Source of the DNA: Catajapyx aquilonaris
Lineage: Eukaryota
Direction of reading: 5' to 3'
Assembly (NCBI GenBank): GCA_000934665.2
Contig: KZ539077.1
Coordinates: 1 to 34,269 of the forward strand
Length of the DNA stretch: 34,269 nucleotides
Position 1 is the first letter of the stretch. Every line of letters begins with the position of its first letter. Positions 24,701 to 34,269 of the stretch are shown one piece after another. The translations under genes and the position numbers were made by a program. The notes beneath the pieces are model-generated. The model saw nothing but the letters and a program-made list of their open reading frames with translations. It ran no database searches and had not been told where the DNA came from.

Positions 24701-26939
24701 GCCACCGATTTGGCTCTTTCCTAGTAGCCAAGCTTTCCAGACCAAATTGTAATATTTGCTGCTGTAAAGGAAGCCCTAGTGACACATGGAACACGGGAAA
24801 AAACATATCCCCCCCCCCCCTTCAAAAAAAAAAATCATATACACCTACATGTTACCTATCCTCCTATTTCTCATTTCCCACTCCAATGTCGTACTGTACA
24901 AGTTATGGTTGTGAACGTGATTGGACACGTGTTTATTTTTTCACTTTATTCTTCTTTCTTGTGAACATACCGATTTATCATAGGAACAACCGCACGTCAC
25001 TTTTGTACGCGAAGAATTTAAACCATGGCACCGACAATTCTTGCTGCCTATATGCGATACAATTTTGTTGGAGATCTCTATATAGGCATATAAGAACATC
25101 AGACAATACATATATTCAGACTTAAAGTAAACTTGTCTTCCCAAGATCTCTTTGATAAAACAAAGACATATTTTGAGCATTTGTCTAGTGAGCGAAGAGC
25201 AAAAAACTTCGTGGTGATATTTCATCTTCCTGCTAGCCTAATATTATCGTATTGTTGAGGAAATTAATATTCCTACGACCAAACGGCAGACAATAACACC
25301 CGCCTTTGGGTAAAACACAGAAAAAGACGGAAAGTTGCGCGAATCCTGGTCGATTACTTGTTATATTCGAGAACGGATTTTCTCCCGATACTTCCACTGT
25401 TTTATATGTCACTCATATGTACTATCAATATAAAAAAAGAGGTTCATATCACTTATAATGAACACAACAATGATGCTTTTTTTTGTTGCTTGCAGTATTT
25501 CAGTATTACACAATTTATTCCTTGTGGTGTGTAGTCTGAGTTTCTCATATTGTTCAAAATACACACTTTTGTCAGTGAAGCTCTCTCGGAGAAAGCAAAT
25601 GATCAACTTGGGTCCGGCGACTTTTTCATGCAGCCTCAATAACTAGATACTGTAGGCGATTGTGGGGTTAAAAATATTATTGATCATATTTTGTAACTTT
25701 TAAAACAAAAAGTGTGGTTACTGTATTTGCCTACATCTACATACTAATTTATTTGCTAAAAAGTCAATCATATTTTCAAAAGAGGAAAACAAACTCGTCA
25801 AGTGAAACCGAGGCTGGAATTTTAGGTATTGATCACCAGACTATGAAATGAGCCCCACGTGCTGATGATAGTCTCACGAGTAATAATGTGGTGATCAGAA
25901 TGTTGCAACAGGGTAACAGTTTCAATTATAATATTGTCTTCCAACACCAGTGTCGTGACTGCACTCATGCACCGCAAAGGGAATTTAATTTCGCACACGT
26001 TGGATGACGAGGCTGGTACACAACTATGTTTACGACTATACAGGAAAGTTCCTCATTCTTTAGCAGTGGTTTTCAGATACGTTTTTTGAGGCTGGAGTTA
26101 CTTGTTGGTATGTTTCACCGGTAAATATTGTGGACACTATTAGTTTTGTATGTCACTACATCCACGCCTTACTTATGTAGAGAGGTGTGCGACAGGTATT
26201 AGAACTCTCAGGATAGCGTGTGTTTACAGCATATTTATCAAAGGTTCTTCGGGTGTTGAGGAAGCCGGTACATGAAATATGAGGAACATGACAATGTATC
26301 GGTCATACAGTAATCACCAATGTTACAACACCTGTAAGAACCTATTTTTACCCGAACTTTCCTGTATAGTCAAGGACAGATACCGTAATATTGTGTTTTT
26401 TTGTTTTTTTTTTGTTCCAACATTTATCAGTGTAACACAATGTTCCCTCGCATTTTAATTTAATTTTAAGTTTGAAGATCTTTCGGGAGCTCATTATATC
26501 AAGTGTAACAAAAAAAACCGTCTTAGTCTGCAATTGAAATACAAATACTCATGCCATGTTTTCATTGGTAAATAGCAGGAACGAGAAAAATTTGGAAAAT
26601 GAACTTTGATTCTCGTCTTACATATCCTAACCTGCATATCTGTCACTCTACTTCCTTCTGATCCTGGTATTTAAAATTGTAATTAATCATGTGAAAGTAT
26701 TGTTAAAATAAAGAATGAATAGAAACAATAAAAATCCAAACAATTGAACTCTATCTTTATTTTGACCCTGGCCTGGTGTTACTCTCTATTACCTAAACTG
26801 CCTGTCATGGAATATTGAATGGTAAGTTCGACCCGGTAAGTTTGGCTGTTTTCATTAACGGCTGTTAACGGCAACCGTCATTTGCCTGCCCTCTGTAGTC
26901 AACCCCCAACACCTCCATCCTCTCCCGGCCTGGGGGTGG

Positions 26940-27058
26940 AGCACAGATGGCAGGCAAAAGACGGTTGGCAGGCGGACAGACGGACAGAGACGACAGACGG
27001 ACAGAGACGACAGACAGAGAGGCAGACAGACTCACAAACGGCTTTATTTATATAGATA
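26940..27058. mobile_element. GACA-rich Helitron-like (Lep1/HINE-type) element terminus
   Basis: Degenerate (CAGA/CGGA)n tract with a duplicated gacagacggacagagac unit, followed by ggctttatttatatagat. This layout is typical of termini of non-autonomous insect Helitron-like elements. Confidence 0.45.
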
Positions 27059-28887
27059 ACAGCGATCTTATCATATAAAAAGACATGATTTGGCCATAGA
27101 TGTTTCTTCTCCATCTAGTACTGAATCGTCTACAAACAATTTCTGGCAAAAGAGATATTTTAACTTGAACCATTTGAACCAGACTCTAATGGACTCTTTT
27201 GGACCATAATATACTGTATCACTCTGCACTCCGGTTATAAAAGGTGACTTATCCGAGTCCCCAAAAAACGATCCATTTTTTTTTTCCCCTCCCTCCGTGT
27301 GAATGAGCCGTTTCAGCGAAACCAGAGTCTGGCCCATAAATTGGCAAGGTTGTGCTCTCGAGCTGGCACCCGAACCTGGCTTAGGACACACCCACGACTC
27401 CTCTTTCCGAGTTAAGCCGCGATAATCAACGGACCCATGAATCTCAGCAGACAGTACCATTTTCAACATGCTAGCTGGAGAGAGAGAGGGAAAAAAAAGG
27501 TGGTCTGAATTTTAACTCAAAAGCTGGAGTCTAGTAATGGGTCTCATCAATAACAGTATTACGTAACGTGACTATGAATAAAAACAGTGTTTACCGTGTT
27601 TAATTTGGAATACATTAATTGTGTCAACAAAGCAATGTTGAATAGAGGGTAGTTTAAATGGTAATGAAAATTGATAGCGTAAATTTACTGGCCCTGATTA
27701 TTTATTTTATTTTTTAGCTTCACCCCCATTAGAGGGAACAGAGCCCTTTTAGGGGGGTGGATTACCACCATTTACTGGCCCAGATTATAAAATTGTGTAG
27801 CACTGATTTTTTTTTGCAAAAAAAAAATGCTCACTTCATAAAATTTCGTGAATATTTTTATGCACTTCTGAAACATTCTTGTGGACACTGTAATTAACTG
27901 AGTTAATTCTCCATTCAGTTCTAAGCTACATAATGAATTAGGCGATCTATCAGCGCACTGCAATTAAATTTACTGAAGCGCAACCCACCATATCATTTCT
28001 AATGACTCATGATATATTGCAGTATCAATAGGCTGAGTATTGATAAATGACCCACGCCTACGTGGATGACGTTTCTGGCCAAAATTCCAATAGGGATAGC
28101 CCTGTGACAAAACAGGGCGCAATGACATTGGCGAGGGATTTGGCAGTGACGTCACTGACGCCAGCTGACGCGTTGCAGCAAGTCCCCGATTTCTGAATGG
28201 GTGGGCGGAGGAGTGACTGGAGGGGTGGGTAAGGGTAGGAGGGTAGAATGGGAGGGGTGCCAAAATTGCAACCTAACACACCCCCCCCCCCCCCCCCCCC
28301 CNCCCCCCCCCCCCCCCCGCCGCCATGACATGACGCTACACTTAGTTGGAGGCGTCGTCGGATAGAGGCGCCACATACCAATGCAGCTTAAGTTCAATTG
28401 ATCGGGTTCCATTGGCGGTATTTTGCATTGGACTACTGCCATCTTGGGGGGTGTTGAAGAATTTCATTATCTTTGGACATGGGTTGGAATTAAATTGGGT
28501 GTGTGGGTGGGAACAGGAAATAGAAGAGGTAACGAATCATTCATTTGTTGTGAACTTTTAAGTGGTTCTGTCCATTTTAATTTGGTTCAGGAAGTAACTG
28601 TCCTGGCTTCAAACATCAACTTAGTAATAGCTATGTCGTAATTCTTTGATGGGAATTTTTTTAACTGGCTTGGTAAAATTAACTATTTAATCTGATGCCA
28701 AAATTAGGTAAATTGATAATAATCAGTGTGACATAGCTTACATGAAGACATGATAACAACACTTGCACTACCAAGCGCCCCCCNNNNNCCCCCCCCCCCC
28801 CCCCCCCGGGCTCAGTTTTAAATTTGATCGGATAACGCCTTTGTATTTGTACAAAAGAGTACCTCGCAGACTCGCAGACCTCGCAGA

Positions 28888-29640
28888 CCGTTATGGACAG
28901 GTTTAACTGTTAATATGAAGGCCCGAGGAATGAAAGGTTAGGTTACGTTACTCCCGCCGCGGCGAAATAACCTAACCTAACATTACATTCGCGAGGTTTT
29001 CAGATGTAGTTCTGGGGTCCGTCCGGCGGGAGTAACCGAACCTAACCTTTCATTCCCCGGGCCTTCATATTAACCTTGATATTAACAGTTAAATCTGTCC
29101 ATAACGGACCACGCCTACAATGGTGGCCGTAGGTTACTCCCGCCGCGGCGGAATAACCTAACAGCGAGTCTTTCAGATGGAGTTCTGAGGTCCAGACGGC
29201 GGAATTCACCTAACATAACATTACATTCACGAGTCTTTCAGATGGAGTTCTGAGGTCCAGACGGCGGAATTCACCTAACATAACATTACATTCACGAGTC
29301 TTTCAGATGGAATTCAGAGCACCCGCCGCGGCTGGAACAACGGAACCTAACCTTTCATTCCCCGGCCTTCATATTAAGAGTTAAATAAATCTGTTCATAA
29401 CGAACCACGCGTATAATGGAAGCCTAGGTTACTCCCGCCGCGGTGGGAGTCACCTAACCTAACATTACATTCGCGAGATTTTCAGATGTAGTTCTGGGGT
29501 CCGGCCGGCGGGAGGAACCTAACCTAACCTTTCATTCCCCTGGTCTTCATATTAACAGTTAAATCTGTCCATACCGGACCACGCGTATAATGGAGACCTT
29601 GATGGTTACTCCCGCCGCGGCGAAAGTTAATCCGCCGCGG
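28888..29640. repeat. Modular TTAGG/palindrome repeat, block 1 (~175-185 bp unit, first module inverted)
   Basis: Palindromic cores start at 28947, 29133, 29428 and 29605 (spacings of 186 and 177 for the full units). 28888-28960 is the reverse complement of about 29025-29108. An exact 65-bp tandem duplication lies at 29165-29294. Confidence 0.92.
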
Positions 29641-30944
29641 AGGTTGGGAGGATGGTTTTTTGATTTGTAGTGTCCTCTCCTCCTAGAAGGAGTGGTGGGC
29701 CGATCCTGGAGGTACTGCAATGCCTGGCCAACCCTTGGCGGAGGTGAGGCAAGCCTCGAGCACTCCGCCCCAACCCAAAAATCAGTTTAATATTCTGGTC
29801 CCCATTTTGGGGACGTACCACTGTAATCCCGGATTGTGGTCTTCCTAATATCACTACCAGAAAATCCATATAAATTATTGTGCAAAGTCCTTGCAAGCAC
29901 CATTCGGACTTTCGGCGGGATTTGCCTTTTCCTCTCGTATGTCTGTCATGGCGGACAAAGTTTGCCTTCAGTCAGATGGCGCTGGTGATTGTGTTTAGCT
30001 GTCTGTATTAATCACAAAGTCTATGGTTAGCGTCATCTCGGGTGCTGCCCTCTGGAAGGACGCCTCACGAACTACTGCTGGGGGCAGAAGCCTAGTCCCA
30101 GCCTAGTGAGCCTAGTCCATTACTCCGTGCCGAGTCCGTCCGTCTGCATGTTCCGACGCTCGTCGTGCGTCCGTCCGTCCGTCGTACCCGCCGTCGGGGG
30201 CATCATGCGACGACGCCGATGACTGACCGGCATGCTGACCCAGGTAGGTCACCATTGCTGCATAATGGAGGGGGTAACTCGATTGCCGGTTGAAGTGCAC
30301 GTAGGAATAATAGGCTGGGGTGGGCTGGGGAGGAAGACAATGTTCCTGGGATTTAGGTCGTCGATTTTCTGGATTAAAAAGCATCAAATCAGACTGTAGA
30401 TTTAGCGGAATCTTTATCAGAAAATGTAACACTCAGTACTTGAAACAGTGAGGATAATTGGACAACTCATTGCAGCACTTTATTGCCGGCCCTCACATCC
30501 AGGGTTGGAAATACATTGCCATGAAATTTTAAAAACCTGCCGTGAATAGGCAATTTTTACAGTGTGTAGGACCATTTTCCGATTATCCGGCGACATCCGT
30601 GCAGTCATTAGCCCGGATAATCGCGAGCATTGAGCATAGTGTATTTCCAGACGTGCACTAGAAGGAAGCATCCAGTGAAACCCAGGGTCCCCTACATGGG
30701 TGCCTCGCTGCCTCCCCACCAAGCTCCCCACCCTAGCCAGGGTACTGTCTCCACGTAGTCCTTATCCTTATGCCATTAATGGGCGGCCATATTGGATCTA
30801 GATTGCATGCTGCAGGATAGGAAATTGGCAAGCGTTTTCTTTTTTTGTTCAATGACATTTTTTCACTGCATGCAGGTAGATCCAATGTGAAGTAGATTCG
30901 ATGCTGTAGGTGTCCTGGAGGACTACCAGCGTCAGACCCTCTGT

Positions 30945-32317
30945 AATTCTGGGCTGACCCAGTCTCGCAAGACCCAGAGCAATGGACGAAAAAGTTGGGT
31001 TAACTTATGGCCGGCACCCGGCGAAGCCGCAGCTAACCGGCTATATCGGGGGGGCGGGGGGGGGGGGGNGGGGGGGGGGGGGGAATGAGCAGTTCGAAAA
31101 ATTACCGTAGATAGATAATTTACATTTCCCTCATTGTACAAGAATAATTATTGTACCTAACATAATTCTGAAAGACTAGCGAATGTAAAGTTAGGTTAGG
31201 CGGGAGTAACCTAACCTAACATTACAATTGCTAGTCTTTCAGATGGAGTTCTGATATCGGGCCGGCGGGAGTAACCTAACCTAACCTTTCACTCCCCGGG
31301 CTTTCATATTAACAGTTAACCCTGTCCATAACTGACCCCGCGTATAACGGAGACTTTATGTTACTCCCGCCGCTGCAGAATAACCTAACCTAACATTACA
31401 TTCACAAGTCTTTCAGATGGAGTTCTGAGTTCCAGTCGCGAATGTAATGTTCGGTTGGTTACTCCCGCCGCGGAGGAATAACATCAGATCTCCATCTGAA
31501 AGGTTCGCGAATGTAAAGTAAAGGCCATTTCACAAAAAAATGTCGCGCGGCAAACGGCGCGACTTGCGGCCAATTTTTTATTTGTATTTATTGTTGCCAA
31601 CAATTGGCAACAATAAATGTAAATAAAAAATTTGCCGCAAGTCGCTCCGTTTGCCGCGCGACATTTTTTTGTGAAATGGCCTTTAGGTTAGGTTATTCCG
31701 CCGCGGCGGGAGTAACCTAAGGTCTCCGTTATAGTCTTATACACGTGGTACGTTATGGACAGGTTAAACTGTTAATGACTTCACAGGTGTTGCCGGATAG
31801 AAAAAAGGTCCTGTAGACATAGTAATGTACTATTGTATGGAGGGTATGCTGCTAGGTTTAATCAAAAGAAGAAGAAAATTACCGCAGATAGATAATTTAA
31901 ATTTTCCCCATTGTACACGAAGCCTGTAATTAGACGAAGTGACTCGTATACTGTTAATACAGAAATGCTGACCATCTAATTTGGAATTCTGGGCTAACCC
32001 AGTTTGGCTCTCGCAAGACCCGCAAACTTTGCTTTACGAAATAGGTTACTCCCCCACCGGTTGGTCAGTGCCACCGGTTAGCCGGGTCCGCCGGGTGCCT
32101 GCCACGTTAAGTTACTCCCGCCGGTTTCTACCCTAACCTAACTTTTCGTTCTCGGATGGAATATCTGGCGTGAGAAACCTAACCTTTCCTGCGACTGACT
32201 ATCCAGATAGGTTACTTTATGTTACTCCCGCCGAGGGGTGTTGGCCGCGGCGGGAGTAACCAAACCTAACTTTACATTCGCGAGTCTTTCAGACGGAGTT
32301 CCGAGGTCTGACTGGCG
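30945..32317. repeat. Modular TTAGG/palindrome repeat, block 2 (mixed orientations, nested MITE, duplicated flanking modules)
   Basis: The same modules as block 1 occur at 31167-31776 and 32043-32317 in both orientations. Extra duplicated segments are 30945-30975/31985-32021 and 31098-31140/31875-31917, plus the inverted pair 31000-31040/32074-32110. Confidence 0.88.
31522..31682. mobile_element. 161-bp foldback MITE, PIF/Harbinger (Tourist)-like
   Basis: 79-bp arms at 31522-31600 and 31604-31682 with 4 mismatches and a 3-nt loop. Termini are AGGCCATTTCACA...TGTGAAATGGCCT. Flanks are TAA (31519-31521) and TTA (31683-31685). It interrupts the host motif gaatgtaaagTTAggttagg, seen intact at 31181-31200. 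Confidence 0.85.
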
Positions 32318-32885
32318 CACAGAGGGCCGGGAAGCGTATTTAGGCGGCCCGGTTATCATTTTACGAAGTTCATCGGAAATGCGTGAAAATAATGTAAATG
32401 CACGAGGAATAGTTCAAAGTGACAAGCCCTGAATAAATTTAGCGAGTGTTGATCTGAGAAACCTCAATTTTCACTTCCTGCACTTGTCTCTTCTAATTAT
32501 CGAGAAAAAGTGCAGTTTTGTCTTCTAGTAACCACCCTCTAATTCGAGTCAATGAAGTTCGTAAAAAAAATAGTAATTGTATTTCTCATGACCTACAAAA
32601 TTTGTCTAATGTCGTCCACTTTCCTGTCTTGTTGCAATCGATCACTGGTATTGTACCGAACACGAGGCAAGAGAAACTAGCAGCGAATACCTGCGAAGCC
32701 GCGTTTCCTGGCCTCATTTCCGGTGCGAGGGCGTTGGCGCGAAATTCAAACCAGCCTCGAATCTGATGGACCGGTTTAATTGTGGGCATGCCAAAGCAAG
32801 GATCTTGATCCTCAAATGATGGGGACACTGTCCCAGAATATCTCTGAAATTCTGAAGTGATTTTGTCGCTCATAACCTACAGGGA

Positions 32886-34146
32886 TGGTTACTCGCGCCG
32901 CGGCGGGAGTAACCTAACGTAACTAATCTGGAGAGTCTGTTGCAGGAAAGGTTAGGTTTCCCACGCCAGAAATTCCATCACAGAAAGAAAAGTTAGGTTA
33001 GTCTGTTCCGCAGCGGCGGAGGTAACCTGTGATCTCCGTTATGAACAGGTATAGCTGTTAGTATGAAAGCCCGGGTAATGAAAGGTTAGGTTAGGTTACT
33101 CCCGCCGCGGCGGAATAAACGCAGAACTCCATCCGAAAGACTCGCGAATCACGAATGTAATGTTGGGTAAGAGTACTCCCGACTGCTGGACCTCCATCTG
33201 AAAGCCTCGCGAATGTAAAAGGTTACTCCCGCCGCGGCGGAATAACATAAACTAAATTAAAATTCGCGAGGCTGTCAGATGGTCGGGAGTAACCTAACCT
33301 AACATTACACTCGCGATTCGCAAGTCTTTCATATGGAGTTCTGAGTTTATTCCGCCGCGGCGGGAGTAACCTAACCTAACCTTGCCTTACCCGGGCTTTC
33401 ATACTAACAGTTAGCCCTGTCCATAACGGAGACCTTTGGTCAGTCCCGCCGCGGCGGGAGTAACCTAACGCAACCTATCTGGAGAGTCCGTCGCAGGAAA
33501 GGTTAGGTTTGCCACGCCAGAAATTCCATCCGAGAACGAAAAGTTATCTTACAAACCGGCGGGAGTAGACGGCGGGAGTAACCTAACGACCCTAGCGAGG
33601 TCCGGTATGGACAGATTATGCCAGATTAATATTATATATAAAAGCCCGGGGAAAGAAAGGTTAGGTTAGGTTACTCCCGCCGGTCGGTCCTCAGAACTAC
33701 ATCTGAAATACTCGCGAATGTAAAGTTAGGTTAAGGTACTCCCGCCGCGGCGGGAGTAACCTGACCTAACCTAACCTAACCTAACTTTACATTCAGGAGC
33801 CTTTCTTTCACGAGTCATTAGGTTACTCCCGCCGGCAGGACCCCAGAACTCCATCTTTCAGCCTCGCGAATGTAAAGTTAGGTTTGGCTATTCCCGCCGC
33901 GGCGGGAGTAACCTAACGTTACATTTGCGAGCATCAGTGGAGTTCTGGGGGTCCTGCCGGCAGGAGTAAACGAGTAATGTAACCTAACTTTACATTCCAA
34001 GGGCTCTCATATTAACAGTTAAACCGGTCCATAACGGACAACGCGTATAACATAACGGAGACCGTAGGCTACTCCCGCCGCGGCTGAATAACCTAACCTA
34101 ACCTAACATTACTCGTACATTGACGAGTCTTTCAGATGGAGTACTG
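32886..34146. repeat. Modular TTAGG/palindrome repeat, block 3 (includes 400-bp and 147-bp palindromes)
   Basis: Cores near 32888, 33095, 33222, 33347, 33443, 33736, 33888 and 34068. An ~80-bp module D is directly repeated at about 32914-32995 and 33465-33546, and inverted at about 32139-32215. Confidence 0.92.
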
Positions 34147-34160
34147 GCCCCCTTACATTG

Positions 34161-34269
34161 CACTATAGCCCAGTCATTTTAGATTAAATTTTGGTCGAAC
34201 CTTAAAAAAATTAGTGTAAAGCTGGAAATTGGTACAGAGGTGCTCTTTGACCCCCTGAACAAGACACTA
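34161..34269 (+). mobile_element. Possible left end of a Transib-like non-autonomous DNA element (runs off the window)
   Basis: Begins CACTATAG directly after CATTG, just past the end of the repeat block. Transib TIRs start CAC(T/A) and have 5-bp TSDs. The other end is not visible. Confidence 0.3.

Noticed and set aside
28144..28170. 14-bp palindrome CAGTGACGTCACTG (CRE) with two extra TGACG half-sites
   Set aside because: It is real sequence, but no linked promoter can be shown and such short motifs are common in repeats.
30112..30432. 106-aa minus-strand ORF with DGRT repeats
   Set aside because: The peptide repeats derive from a (CCGT)n microsatellite, and there is no coding evidence.
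30791..30886. ~20-bp imperfect inverted repeat (attggatcta..tgcatgc)
   Set aside because: Short, gapped and without a TSD, so it cannot be assigned to an element.
28888..34146. CRISPR array or true telomere
   Set aside because: The sequences between the palindromes are themselves repeated modules rather than unique spacers, no cas genes are present, and the context is eukaryotic. TTAGG runs are only 1-4 units long and internal.

Overview
This is eukaryotic genomic DNA, most likely arthropod or insect, judged from the spliceosomal GT-AG introns, TTAGG-type repeat motifs, low gene density and poly-G/C tracts with N gaps. I can support only one protein-coding gene. It is a + strand, multi-exon, signal-peptide-bearing protein with coding exons 10416-11111 and 11227-11646, probably a 6-Cys exon at 18021-18141, and an uncertain last exon near 18379. 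It looks like an uncharacterised secreted or prohormone-like precursor, and I cannot name it. The other ORFs in the track look spurious. The rest is intronic or intergenic sequence with transposon remnants: GACA-rich Helitron/Helentron-like ends, an RTE LINE 3' remnant, a 161-bp Harbinger-like foldback MITE and possible Transib-like ends. The most unusual structure lies at about 28.9-29.6 kb and 30.9-34.15 kb. There, four short modules are joined in changing order and orientation, mostly at one GC-rich palindromic joint, (TTAGG)n-GTTACTCCCGCCG|CGGCGGGAGTAAC-(CTAAC)n. Three larger local palindromes are centred on that joint, and their two arms share private mutations. This points to fold-back or hairpin-primed copying, or inversion at a defined site, rather than ordinary tandem satellite expansion. 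All alignments and counts were done by eye.
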